Shown: positions 22,378 to 35,962, counted from the first letter of the stretch. The stretch is DNA of 64,000 nt from Blastocladiella emersonii ATCC 22665 (GCA_025594325.1 JANHCV010000013.1:806001-870000), one strand, 5' to 3'. Numbers and translations are program-made. The notes: generated by a model from the sequence alone, not told the origin.

Positions 22378-24345
22378 ATGGCGCCACCTTCAACAGCCGA
22401 CTCGTCCGGGCCGCGTCCCACGTCGCCGACGCCGTCCGACATGCCTTGGGACGCGACCGACGACGCGGGCGAGCTCGACTACGCGTTCCACGACCTCGCC
22501 GCGCGTTCGTCCGTGTTCCGGTCACGCCTCATCGAGGAGTTCCAGCTGCTCGACACCCTGAGCCTCTCTGGCGGTGCCGTCGCGCCGCCGCAGTTCAACA
22601 CGCGCGATGTGCGCGACCCGACCGCGCTCGGCAAGATGATGGCCGAGGACCCGCACCAGCTCATCAAGTTCCAGGCGTTCAAGCGCACGCAGGCCGCGCC
22701 CGTCGACCGCCGCCTCACGCGCATCCGCAACAGGAACAAGGTGCCGCTGGGTGCTTGGGCCGGGTGGGTCGTTGAGTCGCCCATCTTCCAGAACGGCCTG
22801 CTCGCGCTCATCATCATCAACGCCGTCACCGTCGGGATCGTCGCCGAGCTCACCGACACGCAGCAGAACCACGTCGAGCTGTTTATGGCCATCGAGATCA
22901 TAGACAAGGTGTCACTGTTCGTGTTCCTGCTTGAGATCGCGCTGTGCTGGATGGACAACTTCCGCGGGTACTGGATGAGCGGGTGGAACGTGTTCGATTT
23001 CGCCGTGACGATGGGCACAGCAGCGCCCGAGCTGCTGGAAGCGGTTGGCCTGACCTCGAGTAAGGGCAGCCTCGCTATCATCTTCCGGCAACTGCGTACG
23101 TTCCGCATCTTGCGCACGCTGAAGCTCGCCGTCCGGTTCAGCAACCTGCGGATCATCGTTATCACCGTGATCGAGGCGTTCCGCACCATGGCCCTCATCA
23201 TGATCTTCGTGTTCCTGTTCTTCTTCATCTTTGCGGTACTCGGCGTCTACGCGTTCCAGCCTATGACCGTGTCCGAGGTGCCGCTGCGATACGGCAAGAG
23301 CTTCGAGTGCGTCGGTCGGCGTGGCGGGCGTGTCGGCGACTCGGGCGCTGACCTTCTTGAATGTGTAGGACGCTCGGTTCGTCGCTGCAGCTGCTGTTCC
23401 AGCTCATGACCATCGACAACTGGAACGACGTGATCAGCGACATGTTCCAGGTCGTCGACCCCGCGCTCGCGCTCATTTACTGCATCTCGTGGATCTTCTT
23501 TGGTGGGTTCTGCCTCAAGAACGTGATCACCGGTGTACTCGGTACGTCGTCAACTGAATCGCCGTTTAGCGAAGACTGACTGATCAACACCAAGTGTAGT
23601 CTCGAATTTTGATCGGACGTCGCGCGAGCTCCGCGAGAAGCACGAGGAGCGCGTCAAGGCCAAGAAGATGGAGCAGATGCGCAAGCGGCTCAAGAAGGAG
23701 CTCGACATTGCCAAGAACAACATGAAAACCGCGTCCGTGTCGAACCTCGCGGCCATCGGCGGGCCCGGGCAGCCATCAGCTTCAAGACCGGGTACAGCCG
23801 CTGCTGGGTACGTCTGATTCCTCCCGTTCAGTCACGCCGCGCTAATCGCAAGCTAAGCGCTTCTTTGTAGTGTTACGACCCGCACCTCATTTTCACTTCA
23901 AACCTCTCGACCCACCTCGCCAGCCTCGGCCGCTGCTCGGAGCACGGCGAGTGATCTTCGCGCTCGCGTGCGCGCAGCTCCCGCAACCCCATCGCCGGGA
24001 GTACCGAACAGGCCATTCGACGGCGACTCATACTCGCCCGGCCCTCCGACAACAGGTGGCGACGCGTCCCAGCAAGACGAGGGCAGCGATACGGCAGCGT
24101 CGCAGGTGCTGGTTGAGAACATCCAGACGCTGCTGACGCAGGCGCACGGCGTGTCCAAGGGATGGGAGCTCACGATCCGCGAGACGCTGACCGCGCTGGC
24201 GGGCAAGTCCGAGGAGACCATGTGGCCGCGCGACACGCTGTTCAAGTACTTTCAGCTCATGGAGTCGCTGCAGGAGAACATGCGCGAGTACCAGGAGCTG
24301 CAGGGGATGGCGAACGCCGTGTTGATGGAGCTGTATGATACATAG
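22378..24345 (+). CDS. CATSPER2: CatSper2-like calcium channel pore subunit; introns 23307-23368, 23542-23599, 23808-23870
   Basis: RSRLIEEF, WAGWVVESPIF, WNVFDF, S4 RQLRTFRILRTLK, pore TIDNW and C-terminal WPRDTLFKYFQLME parallel recalled mammalian CatSper2 motifs (RSRLIDTF, WAGWVLECPLF, TLDHW, WPRDSLFRYF). Confidence 0.93.
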
Positions 24346-24520
24346 GGTACTGCGTAGGTTGCGCGTGACTTGCCGTGGAGCCCGCTGCTGCTGCTCCACG
24401 CGTTGCGCCACTCGGCGATTTTGAGCGGTGTGGCAGTGCTGACACGTGAGCGGCTTGACGGAATGCGGACGAAATTCGTCTCGCGGTGCATCTCATTGCT
24501 CCCTCTCCTCGCACATTGCA

Positions 24521-26769
24521 ATGAAGCCAAAGAAGAAGACGAAAAAGCCCGCGACTAATGGCAATGTATTCAAAAATGCTATTATGACTAAAACACTGAG
24601 CGCCGCGGTCCCAGCGCTGCTGACGTGCCGCACGGACGAGCGCGGTGACCGGATCGAAGGCTTCCGCCCGTTCCGTTACCACCCGCCGCGCGATCTGTTT
24701 ATGCACCATGATTTTCGCATGCGCACCGACCTGCGCGCGCTCCTGTGCGGGTGTGGCGACCTAGCCGAAGTTGCGCGCACCGTGTCCGAAGCAGCGGTCA
24801 AGGGCGGGACGGCGACGCTCTCGTTTACGCTCAACGACTGGCAGCCCGAAGTCCTCGCTCGCAACTTGCTTATCCTTTAGGCCATTGCTCACAGTTCACC
24901 GGAGGAAGTCGGTCTGTCAACTCTCGCACGCTGGATCGGTCAGCTTTGGTACTCGCATTTTCTCGATCCCGACGCCCTCAAATTTTGGAACGCTCGGCTG
25001 CGTGCGTGTATCGATACGGACTGGCTCAACGCCACGGCCGAGTCGCCCCTGCGCGTCATGAACGACTCAACTCTACACGAGCTCCGCCGGTGCTGGCGCA
25101 CTTGGCTTGACGTAGATCGGTCCGTCGATGCTTTCCTAGTCAAGCGCGATAACTTCAACGCCAGACATTTTGATATCGACGACGAGACTCCTGACTGCAC
25201 CTACTACGAGTGGACTTCGCTCGTGGCCATGCAGCGGCTGCACGCGCAATATCGCGGTATACTTGAAGGTGTTGCGTCCGCTCGCATCGCTTGCAACCTC
25301 GAGCGCCTTGGTGCGTCCGGCATTTTTACGCAGTCGGGGCATGACCGTTCTGGCCGCGAACTCGTTGTCAATCCGACGATGCTTCTCATCGACCACGACG
25401 GCGCAGGCTACTTTGCCGCCCACAGCGACCCTCTCCCCGGTGCATGCTTCGACTTTCTCGTCGAGGAAGGCCTCCCCGAGCCGCACATGATTTCCCGCTT
25501 GGAAGATTGAAGATTGGGTCCAGTCGCTTTCGAAAGCCATGCGCGGTGACGGCTTCCGAGTCCAACTCAGTTTCATTCATGGACACGCGGTTGCGGTCAT
25601 GGAGGAGCTCATCGCTGATTTTTCTATGCGCTTCGATATCGTGGACACGCTCATGTTGAGCTGCGGATTACTTACCATCCTTGTTCACGGCTCGCCGCTG
25701 CATCGCAACAACGACGAATTTTCGGAGCGTGCCCGCTTGCTGATCTTCACCATGGAGGATGCAGACTTCAAGGCGGGATCACGGAACGAGTATCTTTCGT
25801 TCATGACTGGCCTTCCACACGGTGCTTTCCCGGCCCTGTTCGGCGTGACACTCGCGGAAAGTTTGACAGACGACGACTCAGCGACGTGGTTTCAGCCCTT
25901 TTCGTGGGCATTCGATGCCAAAGACTACTGCACTGTCCGCTACCTCACGTTCACAAAGCTGCCGCATCCGACAGTGCCAACCTCGTTGAGCGCTTCGTCT
26001 TACCTGCGCGAGGCGTTGGCCGAATGCGCGGCTGCTTTGTTGCCAGACAACGGCTTCGGTACGTTATTCAAGCGCTCATCGTCTGCTCCCTGGTCCGACA
26101 GCTAACCACAACATGCGCACACGTACAGCTTCACTCGTTTCTCAAACCGTTTTCATGAAACTTCTCGCGTTCGCTTTCGCGTCGAAAAGCCCTGTCTGGG
26201 AGGGCAGCTTGGCACATTCCGTCGGCCCTTCCTGGCAATTGTTGCCCGCTGTTGAATTCTTAACTGGTGTTGTCTTGTCCGCTGCTAAGCCAACAAACAA
26301 GGCCAACACCTTGGATCCCCTTGAGCTCTCAGTTGGTTTGCCCTACTATGGAATTGCAGGGATCGATGGGGTGAGCAACAGTTACCTCGTCGAATTGACT
26401 CTTCCCGCGGACAAACAGTTGCTCGTTGGATCACATTCCCTCTTGTTGGAAATTGCTTGCCCGAGGCGTGATCCAGTTCGATTTGCCGCCCTTCGCGTCG
26501 ACTCGACAACCAACGGCGATTCTCTGTCCATGCGCGTCTTGGGACTCGTTCCTCGCTCGCTGGTGAACGCTGCCCCTGCCGGAACGACGGTAGATGTGCA
26601 TTCTCAGGGCCTTGACAGGTCGCGCAAAGTTATCAGCGGCAAGTATGTACCGCTCTCTGCTGCCAAGGTTACGCTTGTCAAGGTGGAGCCGAACACCCAG
26701 CTTTTGCACGCGCTTGACCAATCGCTTCACTCGCCGGCTCCTTCTGGGCCGTACGATCCTTGCAACTGA
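24521..26769 (+). pseudogene. DUF4470 copy 3: in-frame TAG at 24878-24880, 7-bp duplication frameshift at 25502-25515, conserved intron 26059-26128, truncated C-terminus
   Basis: ALLCGCGDLAEV..LNDWQPEVLARNLLIL*AIA continues in the same frame (GQLWYSHFL, LRRCWRTW); later FDIVDT. Confidence 0.85.
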
Positions 26770-26789
26770 TGCAACCAACCCCGGGCCCG

Positions 26790-27160
26790 TTCTCCACTTG
26801 CACGAGTTCTTTGCCGACGACTACAGCGAGTGCGAGACGCACTTGTACGAGTCATCGTACCAGGGCAACACGCCCTGGCTCGCCGCGCTCGCCTACGCCA
26901 ACCGCAACAGCAAGGTTCGCGTGCTCGAATGGCTCAAAGGCATTCTTCCGCGCTACAAGTCTAAGTGCCCAATTGAGTGGCTCGGCGTTGCGGCTGGCGA
27001 CGACGAGGACGCGGTACTTGCGCGCCTCCAACGGTGGAAGAACTCGGGCGTCAAGTTGTCTTGCACGGCGGCTCCCTGGGCGGTCCAGACTGCGGCCGAG
27101 CTCGGGTTCGAGCGCGTCGTCGCGTGGTGGAACGCATCGGGCCTTTTGACCACCGTTTGA
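26790..27160 (+). pseudogene. Duplicated 3' end of the ankyrin gene at 18590-18960, abutting the truncated DUF4470 copy 3
   Basis: DDYSECETHL..PWLAALAYANRNSK..CTAAPWAVQTAAELGFERVVAWW versus DDYSERETHL..PWIAALAYANRKSK..CTAAPWAVQRAAELGFECVVAWW. Confidence 0.9.
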
Positions 27161-27403
27161 CGCCACATTCGTGTTCACATTTCTCACGCGTATCACACGC
27201 TGCGCCAATGATATATTTATTCATTTTTAACCATTCAGGCTCACATTGGAAAACGGCGGCCGTGCGGAAGCTCATTGGCAAGGAGACGCGCTGAGCCACA
27301 CACGCGGCCACGTGTGAAAGCTCAAGACGCGTATCAGGTGAAATTCAATGTATTCCAGTCCGGGTCTTGGCCGAGACTTCAGTGGCGGAGAAGCTCCGAG
27401 ACT

Positions 27404-29410
27404 TCAGTAGCGGAAAAGCTGTTCGATCGAAAATCTACGCATTGGGAGCTCTGTTGCGGCAAATTGGGTCGGCGCAAGGCGCTCGAGTTCCTCGAGTAAA
27501 ACACCCCCGAAACGACTTGTCTCTGCAAGCCGGAAAACCTGCTTGACGGTTACGACCGAGTCAAGAGCCCGGTTCGGCAACAGCAACGAGATCTCAGTGG
27601 AATTTGGAGCCTTGGCAGTGAGCAACGGCGCTCAGAAAGTGTCCCGCGGACCCTGTTTCGCGCATGACGCCAAGTATACGACCCCAAAGCCGCGGACGCG
27701 CAAGTGCGGCCTCGGCCAAACACGCAAGCCGGTAGGTAATGTTCCAGTGCCATGAATCTGGAACATCAGAGGTTGGTGCTAGATGCTGTGCGACGGCGGT
27801 AAAGGTTTCAAGAATCTCCTTGTCCGAGTCGTGGCCGCCGTGAAGAAAAGTGTCGATAAACGAGTAGAACTTGAAGTGCACGCCGGCTTGAAAAGTGCAA
27901 ACGATCCGCGGAACAAGGTTGGACGAGGCGGTTCTTCGCACAACTTCGAGGAGGGAACGACGCGTGTCATCACCTACCAGAGCCCCGCTTGCAAACGCTA
28001 CAGGCGATGATTAAGTGGTAGTCAGCGAGAATCATCCAGAGTGGCACCGTGCAGAAATAATACCCGCAACAAGGACGTCATCCCACATGTGTAGCGGTAA
28101 AACGGTGCAGAGCGCGCTCCACGCCATGCTCAGATGGTGATTGTACGCGTGGCCCAGTATAGCCCCAATCTCATCGACCCGCAGAAGCCCATGGGCGATC
28201 AGGGGGCCCATGAGGGCGAGAGGAAGCTCCATTCGCTCGTCTTCCCCTTGTTTCGAAATGAACCACAGTTCAATGCAATAGCTTGCAAAATCAAGGTTTT
28301 TGGGAGTAAGCGTGTTGGTTATTTGTCCGCAAAACCTCACGACGAGCTGGCCAAGAACAGACGGGAAGTGCTCGCCGATGGCATAAACCGCGGCGGCCAT
28401 GAGATCATTCGGGACGGCGCAGTTGCACGTCAGGATTGCAGTCATCGTAGGCTCAAGGCGGCTTTCAATGGATGGGTGGTTTTCGAACTGGCCGAACATG
28501 AGATCGGGAATAAGATCGAGTGAGACAAACTCGAGTACGTTCCGCGGACTCGCGCCGAATCGTGGGGCGAACAAGAGTTCGAGCGGCTCTGGCTTCCAAA
28601 AGGTCGCGGCGACAAACGCGAGAAATTCGGCCAAGACGGGTCGGTGAGTTGAGAGATCGGTTGCATCGTCGAGCACATGGAACACATCGCTGTCGTGGTA
28701 ACAAACCAGGTAGAAAAGTCCGAGGAAGCCCCAAGTGTCCCACGGCAGCTGAGCGTTCAGAAGCTGAGGCCATTGGGCTTCGATCTCGGTGAGTGCGAAC
28801 GCAACAAACGACCGGTTGTTGAGCATCACTGCAGTAGTGAGAAGTCGAAGAATTAAACCAAGAGAGTGACCATACGGCGAGGAGGGCTGCGGGTCCTTGA
28901 ACATTTTCGTGTAGACATCGTTCAGAAACGGGGTTAGCTCCTCGGAGTCTTTGCCGAAAAGCTGCGCGTGGGCTCGCATCCTCGCGCAGGCGAAAACAGC
29001 GCGGAAAAGGTTTCGACATTTGTGTTGAAGGAAGAGCACTCCTCTGCGGTGCCGAAACCACAGTCGAGAAGATGGAGCTGCTCCTTGAGCTCGAAGATCG
29101 CGAGAAGAAGCATGTCTACCCCGTCGCCAACCTCTTGCTCATCCCACGACGGCGTTACAGACGTTTGGGTTCGATGGCAGTGAGCCGTGCCCAGTCGAAC
29201 AAACTCTCGTGTCGTCCAGAGCGAGAGAACGAAACGGTCGTGGGCAAGACCGGCAACGAGTCGAGACGCGGCCGCCAGCGCGGACCGGGCCAGCGCAAGC
29301 TGGACCACAACGACAGTCAACTCGGTTGGGAGGCCGGCAAAGGTCAGCCCATGCGTCTCGGGTGGTCCCTCGTCCAAATGCATGGAGTGATTCATGTTGG
29401 TTTGCTTCAT
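27404..29410 (-). pseudogene. F-box-like hypothetical gene; one intron (27998-28063) and apparent frameshifts near ~29000 and ~27610
   Basis: N-terminal FAGLPTELTVVVVQLAL; a phase-1 intron joins ORFs 28032 and 27594; coding-like sequence continues in shifted frames. Confidence 0.55.
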
Positions 29411-30070
29411 TGTAGGGGGTCCGAGGGAGCGGGAGTTGTGAGCGCGAGCGCGTGAGAAAACCGGCTTCGCGCAGGGCTTCGCGTCGCACGCGCCGCTCAC
29501 GTTCCGCGCTCTCCACCGAGAAGAACTACCTGCAATGCAACGCCTCTGATCCGACTCTTACTTCATGCAATGTTTGAATTGTGAGGGTTTGAATGAGTTT
29601 CGGCCTGAGCGATCAACCTTGACAAAAACGACATGCACCCGCTGCGGTACTTGCCGGTCGCCCGAGGGCTTTCGCGCTTTCGCGCCTTCTCCGAGTCGTG
29701 CCCGACTGCCCTGAGCACCCTAGCTTGTGTCGAGAGCTTGAACTTGCGACGCTCCACAAGGTGTTGGTTCAACACAGGCACGCCGTCCCGCCAGCCGATT
29801 CGATTGATGGCGGGTGCACGGTGTTGTGCACCTCAAGCAGTGGGAGAACCCGGCCTCACGCACTCGCTTGAGGTCACATCGCGTCCCATTCGCGGATAAG
29901 CTCAGATTGGCATTGGACGCGTTGAGGCATGGTGAAAGCGTTGGCGTGTCGTCGCTCTCGCAGACCTGGCGCGCTCCCGTTGATTGACACGGACTGGCCT
30001 CACACAAGCCAATACATACGTCTGGGGTATCCATACGAAATCATTCAGATCCAGCGATCCTAGTTTCCGG

Positions 30071-31576
30071 TCACCACTTGGAAGGGCTGACGGGGCGCCG
30101 GGAAGCCGTCAAATGCGCCCGGCTCAAGCACGGACGCGTCGTTGCGCCTCGGCGAAAGAAGCCGGAGCCCCGCCGTTGCTTCCCAAGGATTTGCACTCCT
30201 TCGCGGGTAATCAAGTTGTTGCAAAGCTGCAGCCCGGAGACCGTGTACGGGAGTGCTGGTGCGAGGGCTTCGATGGCTGCGTCATCCAGATTCGTAGACG
30301 AGAGAATCAGATTCTGAACCGCTGCGGGCATGTGCAGTGCGAGAAGCTTTGCGCCTTCAAGTCCCATGTCGGCCGTGTAAAGATTCAGCGTCGTGAGCGT
30401 GAGAGGAAGCCGTGCAAGAATGGTAAGCGCGCCATGCCTCGCCAGGTTGCAGCCATGAAAGTCGAGGTTTGACAGCGTTGGAGGCAGCATCCGGGCCAGC
30501 TCCACAATTACTTCGTCCTGAGCCGTTAAGCGGCGTAATGATAAGTGACGAAGCGACAAAGGCAGAGCGCAGGCAAGTTGGCGGAGACCTTGGTCGTCAA
30601 ATTGGCAGCTGTCCACAATGAAGGATTGAAGCGTTGAGGGCAGAGTCGAGAAAAGATACGGAGCAGCGGCGCTCAAGTTGGCAAACTAGAAGGAGAGCGA
30701 CTCGAGCCTTGAGGGCCAGGTCATGGCGGTGAAATGGGTCGCTAATGCAGGCACGCTGCCCGTCCAATGGCACTCAAAGTTCGCACGCAGCAAAGTCAAT
30801 GGAAGTCGAAGTGCGAGAAGGCGAGGGAGGTCTAGCGTGGTTGCGTGCACGTTAATGGATGCCAGCACTTGTAAGGGGCTCGCCATAGCGGCAGTGAGAG
30901 CATCGATTCCCGCCATGGAGACGGACACGAACTCGAGGTTGAGCTCCTCCATAGCACCGGCCGCAATCGTAGTACACAGCTCGGCGATCCCCGCGTCGAC
31001 GATAGTAGGACTATTGCCGTCCTCGGTAAACGGTAGATCAAGCGCGACATGTACATCGGGTTCTTGCTCACGCGCGTCGAGCCACGGCTTCAACGTTTGG
31101 GCGTCAAGCGAGCCGTTGTTGCGCCACCACTCGAGGACTTCCAGGTTGCGCGCATCGATAGCGGGGCCAAAAGCGTCAGGCGAGCAGCGGAGCGGGATGC
31201 CAAGCGCTTTCCACTTGTTGAGGATTGCCATGTTGCCGCGCGGTGGAGCTTAGGTCGGCGTGCTTTCGCGAACGGGGAGGCGGAGCGCGGGCGACCTGAA
31301 ACGCGTCACCTGATTGAGCGACGCGTCTCTCACTGTCTCCAACTCGGCATGTGCCGAGCACACGAACCGTCTACACGCGATTTGACTTGTTCAACTTAAA
31401 TTAACGGCAAAGAAAAATCTCATTCTACCCGATCGGCGTAGCCAATCAAGGCAAGCTCGCCCTTGGCTGTCATTCGCGTTTCGAGCCACGCGCCACGACG
31501 CGTCTCCCTTGAGTTTTCTCCCACTCAAGCATGCCACCGTTCGTTTTGCCCTGCGATCAGACCGGGAACAACCCAC
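30071..31576 (-). pseudogene. Ankyrin-like plus RNI-type LRR gene with an in-frame TAG at 30686-30688 and a degenerate 5' part
   Basis: AIDARNLEVLEWW, then LRR units LP.SLRHLSL, LPPTLSNLDF, LPLTLTTLNL and LPYTVSGLQLCNN; ORFs 30686 and 30071 share one frame across the stop. Confidence 0.8.
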
Positions 31577-32548
31577 AACCGAACCCGCTCAACCCTGTAC
31601 AAATTCAGCGGACCGCCGGCCCCCAAAAACCGCTCAGCACTCACCGACTTCCATGCAATGTAACACGCGCACCGCGCTCTCCTCGCGCCCGAGCTCCGCT
31701 GCCCATAGCCAACCCGCCGCCTCGTTGCGGGCCCAGACCTCCCGATCATGTGGATCTCGCGGGATGACGGCGTGACAACCCGCAAGGGCTCACAACATGT
31801 ATTCCCCCCACCTCTGCATCGCACGGCGGCCCGCGCAGTGACGAGCGGCGAGGCGCTAGCGTGGAACCTCGGGCGCGTCGAGTGTACGGGAAAGAGTGTG
31901 CGCGCGCTCGCTGCCAGAACGCCGCTCCCGGACCATGCCATTGACGGCACGACTCTGAGGACGCGTCATGTGGAGTCCAATGAAGATTCGCCGTCGCCGT
32001 CGAGTCGCTGTGGTTCGTGGAGGTAAGAGCTAGCGTGGGCGTTGCGCGTACTCGGCCGCATTGCGAGCAAGCCGAGGGTTGGGCGAGACGGCAGCGACGG
32101 CCGAGGGTGATTCCTCATTGCCGTTGCTGCTGTCTCGTCCGGCCCTGCTCACTGGGAGTAATATCCCCGTGTTGCTACTTTATTCCGCGTGCCAACCGTC
32201 GCTCCTGGTTTGGAAAGGGCTAGGTACTGGGTACTCGCGCCGCGGGTCAGAGCCTTTCAGGCGCAGGTGAGTACTTCCAGAACATCCCTGCGCGACGTCG
32301 TGGCAAAAACCAGGCACCTTAGGTTAAGGGGCAGTTTAGGTAGGACGGCGGCCATATTGGCCATGGTCGCGGCGGAGGCGGCGAGTATACAAAGAAATGA
32401 TTGGGTTCCACGTCTCAGTGTTCTGACTGATTTAATCGACAGGACGCTAAGCGCGCTCTTAACAACGGAATTCAGAGGAAAACAAACAATTGAGTGATCG
32501 GAACAATACAGGTGATGGGAGAAATACAAGGCGCGAGGATTTCGCGCC

Positions 32549-35500
32549 CTAGTTGGGAAACAGGGGAAGCAGCACGGCATGCTGAAGCCGACCTTCAAGC
32601 ACCAACCGCGCTGACACGACGCTAGTCGCCTTGGGGGTCACCTTCTTCTCGTCACCAAACGACATGATCGCGGGGGGCACCGTACGGTCGACCATGGCCG
32701 CGCGACAGAACTCGAGGTACTCGGCAAGCGCGTCGCTATCGCCCTCCCATACCATGGTTGGGTACGGGTCCGTGCAATGCTTGGCGTATTCGTCCTCCGC
32801 CCGTCCAGCAATACGCCGCCACTTAGTCGCCTGGAGGCGCTCGGTCGCCGATGCAAGCCTTTGCGGGGGCGGCGGCACGTACAAGAAGCTGATATCAAGC
32901 GCCGGCGTAACCCAGTTGGATTTGCCCTGCGGCGCGATCACGACGGGGTGGTTGATGAACAAGATGGCAATCACGCCGCGCGTGCTGCGACCCGTCAATT
33001 TCATGGTCCAAGTGCCGCCGGTCGTGCTGCCAATAGAAAGCAGTCGCTCGATCAGGTTTCTGAGAGCACGCGCGCTCGATGCTGCAGAAGCGGCAGCTGG
33101 CGCAAGCGCTGCCGACAAGGGCGCGATCGCCGATTGATCGCGAGCTCCGCCGTACATGTCTGCGAGCGTCGCAAGCGCGACTTGATGCATAAATACGGGC
33201 GCAGTTGGCCCGTTTTCCGCAGGGAATCCAGGAATTCCTGCGAGACGCGGGATCAGCGGACCGAGCCCAAGCGCAGGCGCAACCGCATGTGAGACTTTGC
33301 GGACGGTAACGGTCACGATCCGCTTCTTGCGGTTGATGTCGACGCTGGTCGCGCGCGCCGAGTAAGGCAAGCGAAGCGTCATGACCTTGCCGTCAGCTAG
33401 CACTGCGACGGCGCCCCGGTGCTGAGCGAGATCGCAAGCAGGAATGGGATTCACCGTGACGCGGTCGCCGCGACGCGGAATGGTGAGTACAAGCTCAGTC
33501 GTGTCGCCTCCTCGATCGGTGAGTTGAGCGGCAGACAGGTGCCACGCCGGGCGGCACGCATATCCAGGAGCAGAACGCGTGTAATCCATGACACCGCGCA
33601 GCGCGCCCTGCGCAAAGCTCAGAGGGACAAGGCAAGTGCGAACCGCGTGAATCGAGGACGGCGTGTCGTCCCTGGCAAGCGGAAGCCAGTCAGTAATACA
33701 AGCGGGCTCAGAATTGGCATAGTCGCGGGCCTGGCCAAGTGCAGGGATCGCAAAGAGCGCGTAGCAAGCTTTGGGAAAAGCCTTGACGGCCTTGGGATCA
33801 AAGTACCACAAGACGTTGACTGTGCCGCTGGCCACGTCGTGGGAGAGATTCAAGCTCTCGTAGAAAGTGACGGCGTCGGACGAGGGATCCAGATTTGCAG
33901 CAACTCGAACGCAGCACGAGCTCAAGTCAGCGGGCAAGTCGTGGAGCGCGAACAAAGCCGTGGCGCGCGCGACCATGGGATCGCGGGTAAGCACGCCATC
34001 AAGCTGGCCGAGGCCGTGAAGCTTGACAAGCAGCGAGCGCTCCTGGCCCGCGGAGTCGCTCGCATCGAAGAGGTAGCTGGACCAGCCCTTAATCGGCGGA
34101 CAGAGAGGGAACGGAGGAGTGGTGTACGGCGCAGAACCCGTCCACACAAGACGGTGCGAGGCCATGGCGTACGCGATCGCCTTGACGCCAAACGCGGGCG
34201 TCGGAAACGAGCCGCCTACAGAAACGTACGAATTAGTTCCCGTTTGTAGCGTGGCGAGGTAACACCGTTTAGCTCGCAAAAGAAGTGAACGTGCGTACCT
34301 AGCGCGTACTTTACCTCGTCGCTGCGACCCGCCGAGCTCGAGATAAACTTGAGAATAGAGAGCAGCTGGTCCGATTCGGCAATGGAAATTGGCACCTCGG
34401 GTGGCTTGAGCTTCACGAAAGTGACGCTGCGGTAAGGCGCGATACCCAAAGACCCACCGTTGTTGGGCGCAAACGGTCGAACGTGAGCAAACCAATGATC
34501 GCTCTCCGCGTCCTGCTGCTCGTAAAGCGCGACGCCAAAGAGCGTCGAGAAAGCATGGGGAGGGAGCGCGTGGTGCTCTTGAAAGTACTCGATCGGGCGC
34601 GCGTAGCGAGCCATCGTCCGATTCGAGCACAAGCGCATAAGCGACTTGTCAGTCGAAATAGGACTGCTGTGCTTGAGCAGGTGCGCGCCGTGAAGAACGA
34701 GATTGAGCGGGCCGCAGCGGTCCATGAGAGTAGAAGTGTCGATTACATCAAAGCGCTGTTGTGGGTCGGCAAGAAGGCGCTCCATGACAAGGACGGCATC
34801 GCCGAGTGCAAAGGTTATCTCGTGCCGCTGACGTCTTGAAGTCACGGGCGGGTTCGGGAAGTCCGCGTCCGCGTCCTTGACCTTGTCGACAGATGCGTCC
34901 ACGACTGGGTTCATGACCACGCCCGCATTTTTACCATCCAAAACGGGCCCAAACTCCCACCAGAGCCAGTTGATCCAAGAATGGAGTTGAATACGCATAG
35001 ACGGCTCGACACGCTTACTGCAGATGTCGATGAAGAAACCAGCGCACGGCGCACCAAGAACGCAAGCAGCCCGAGTCCGAGCGCTCGCCATGGTCGGATT
35101 GATGGCAAACGGCGAAACCCGCTTGACCACCGTCGGCCGAGTCGTTGGGCGGAGAGTTGGAGCGGCCCGAAGAAGGAAGGCTTGACTCTTTGAAGTAATG
35201 CCCGCCGCCGGCGAGATACTGCACCTCGGAACGTGCGCGAGCTGAGGCTGACGGTTTGAGCTTGTTGGGATGACCCAAAACCGCGGCCGAGAACGAAAGC
35301 TGTTCACAAACATCTGCAACGCGTGGCCCATCGGGATTCAGCTTGACAAGCCGCTTCACATCCGCGAATCGGCGGTGCACATGAGCAGGAGAATCGTGCA
35401 GCGCCTTCCGCGACGCGTCCCAATGCGCCCGATCCAGCGAGAGTTCGGCCAGCCAGCGCTTCCAGCACTTGCGCACGGCGTGAAGGGTGGCGTCGTCCAA

Positions 35501-35962
35501 AACACGAATGCGTCGATCTTTCGAGCGCCAGTCAATATCGATACAGGCAAGCATGGCGGCCTCCCAGAACGCAATCGACTCGGGCTCGAGGAACTCGGAA
35601 ATCCAAAGCTGGGAAATGTAACGTTTGGCAGTCTCGCCGTCGGCTGCAGTGGTCGCAATGACGTGCAAGATAAGGAGCGAGCGAGCAATCGCCTCGGGGC
35701 GCGCGTCGTTGAGGACAAAGTTCATGCGAGCGCCACCTGCTCTGTGTTTGCGCGACGCCACACGAATGGTGAAGCCGACAGAGCGCAGATCATGGAAGCC
35801 GCACAAGAGCGCAGAGAGACTGCGATCGGGATCACTGGCATCGTGGTAGAGGAAGACGTCGGAGGCGTGCGAGTCGCTGAACGGATCAAAGTGTTCGGCC
35901 GGGTCGGCGTATAGAACCGACGCGCTCGTCTGTGTCGGCATAAATTCGGCCGCTGGATCCAT
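32549..35962 (-). pseudogene. DUF4470 copy 4, full length but with one frameshift near 35110-35150; intron 34216-34298
   Basis: ALLCGFHDLRSV, FDVIDTSTL and LPYSARATSVDINRKKR. Homology to copies 1 and 5 switches frame between NDSADGG and FAINPT; could be an assembly error. Confidence 0.75.

Noticed and set aside
35114-35120. GGGTTTC slippery heptamer at the DUF4470 copy 4 frameshift
   Set aside because: Restoring homology needs a +1 shift rather than -1, and the intact paralogues have no frameshift here.
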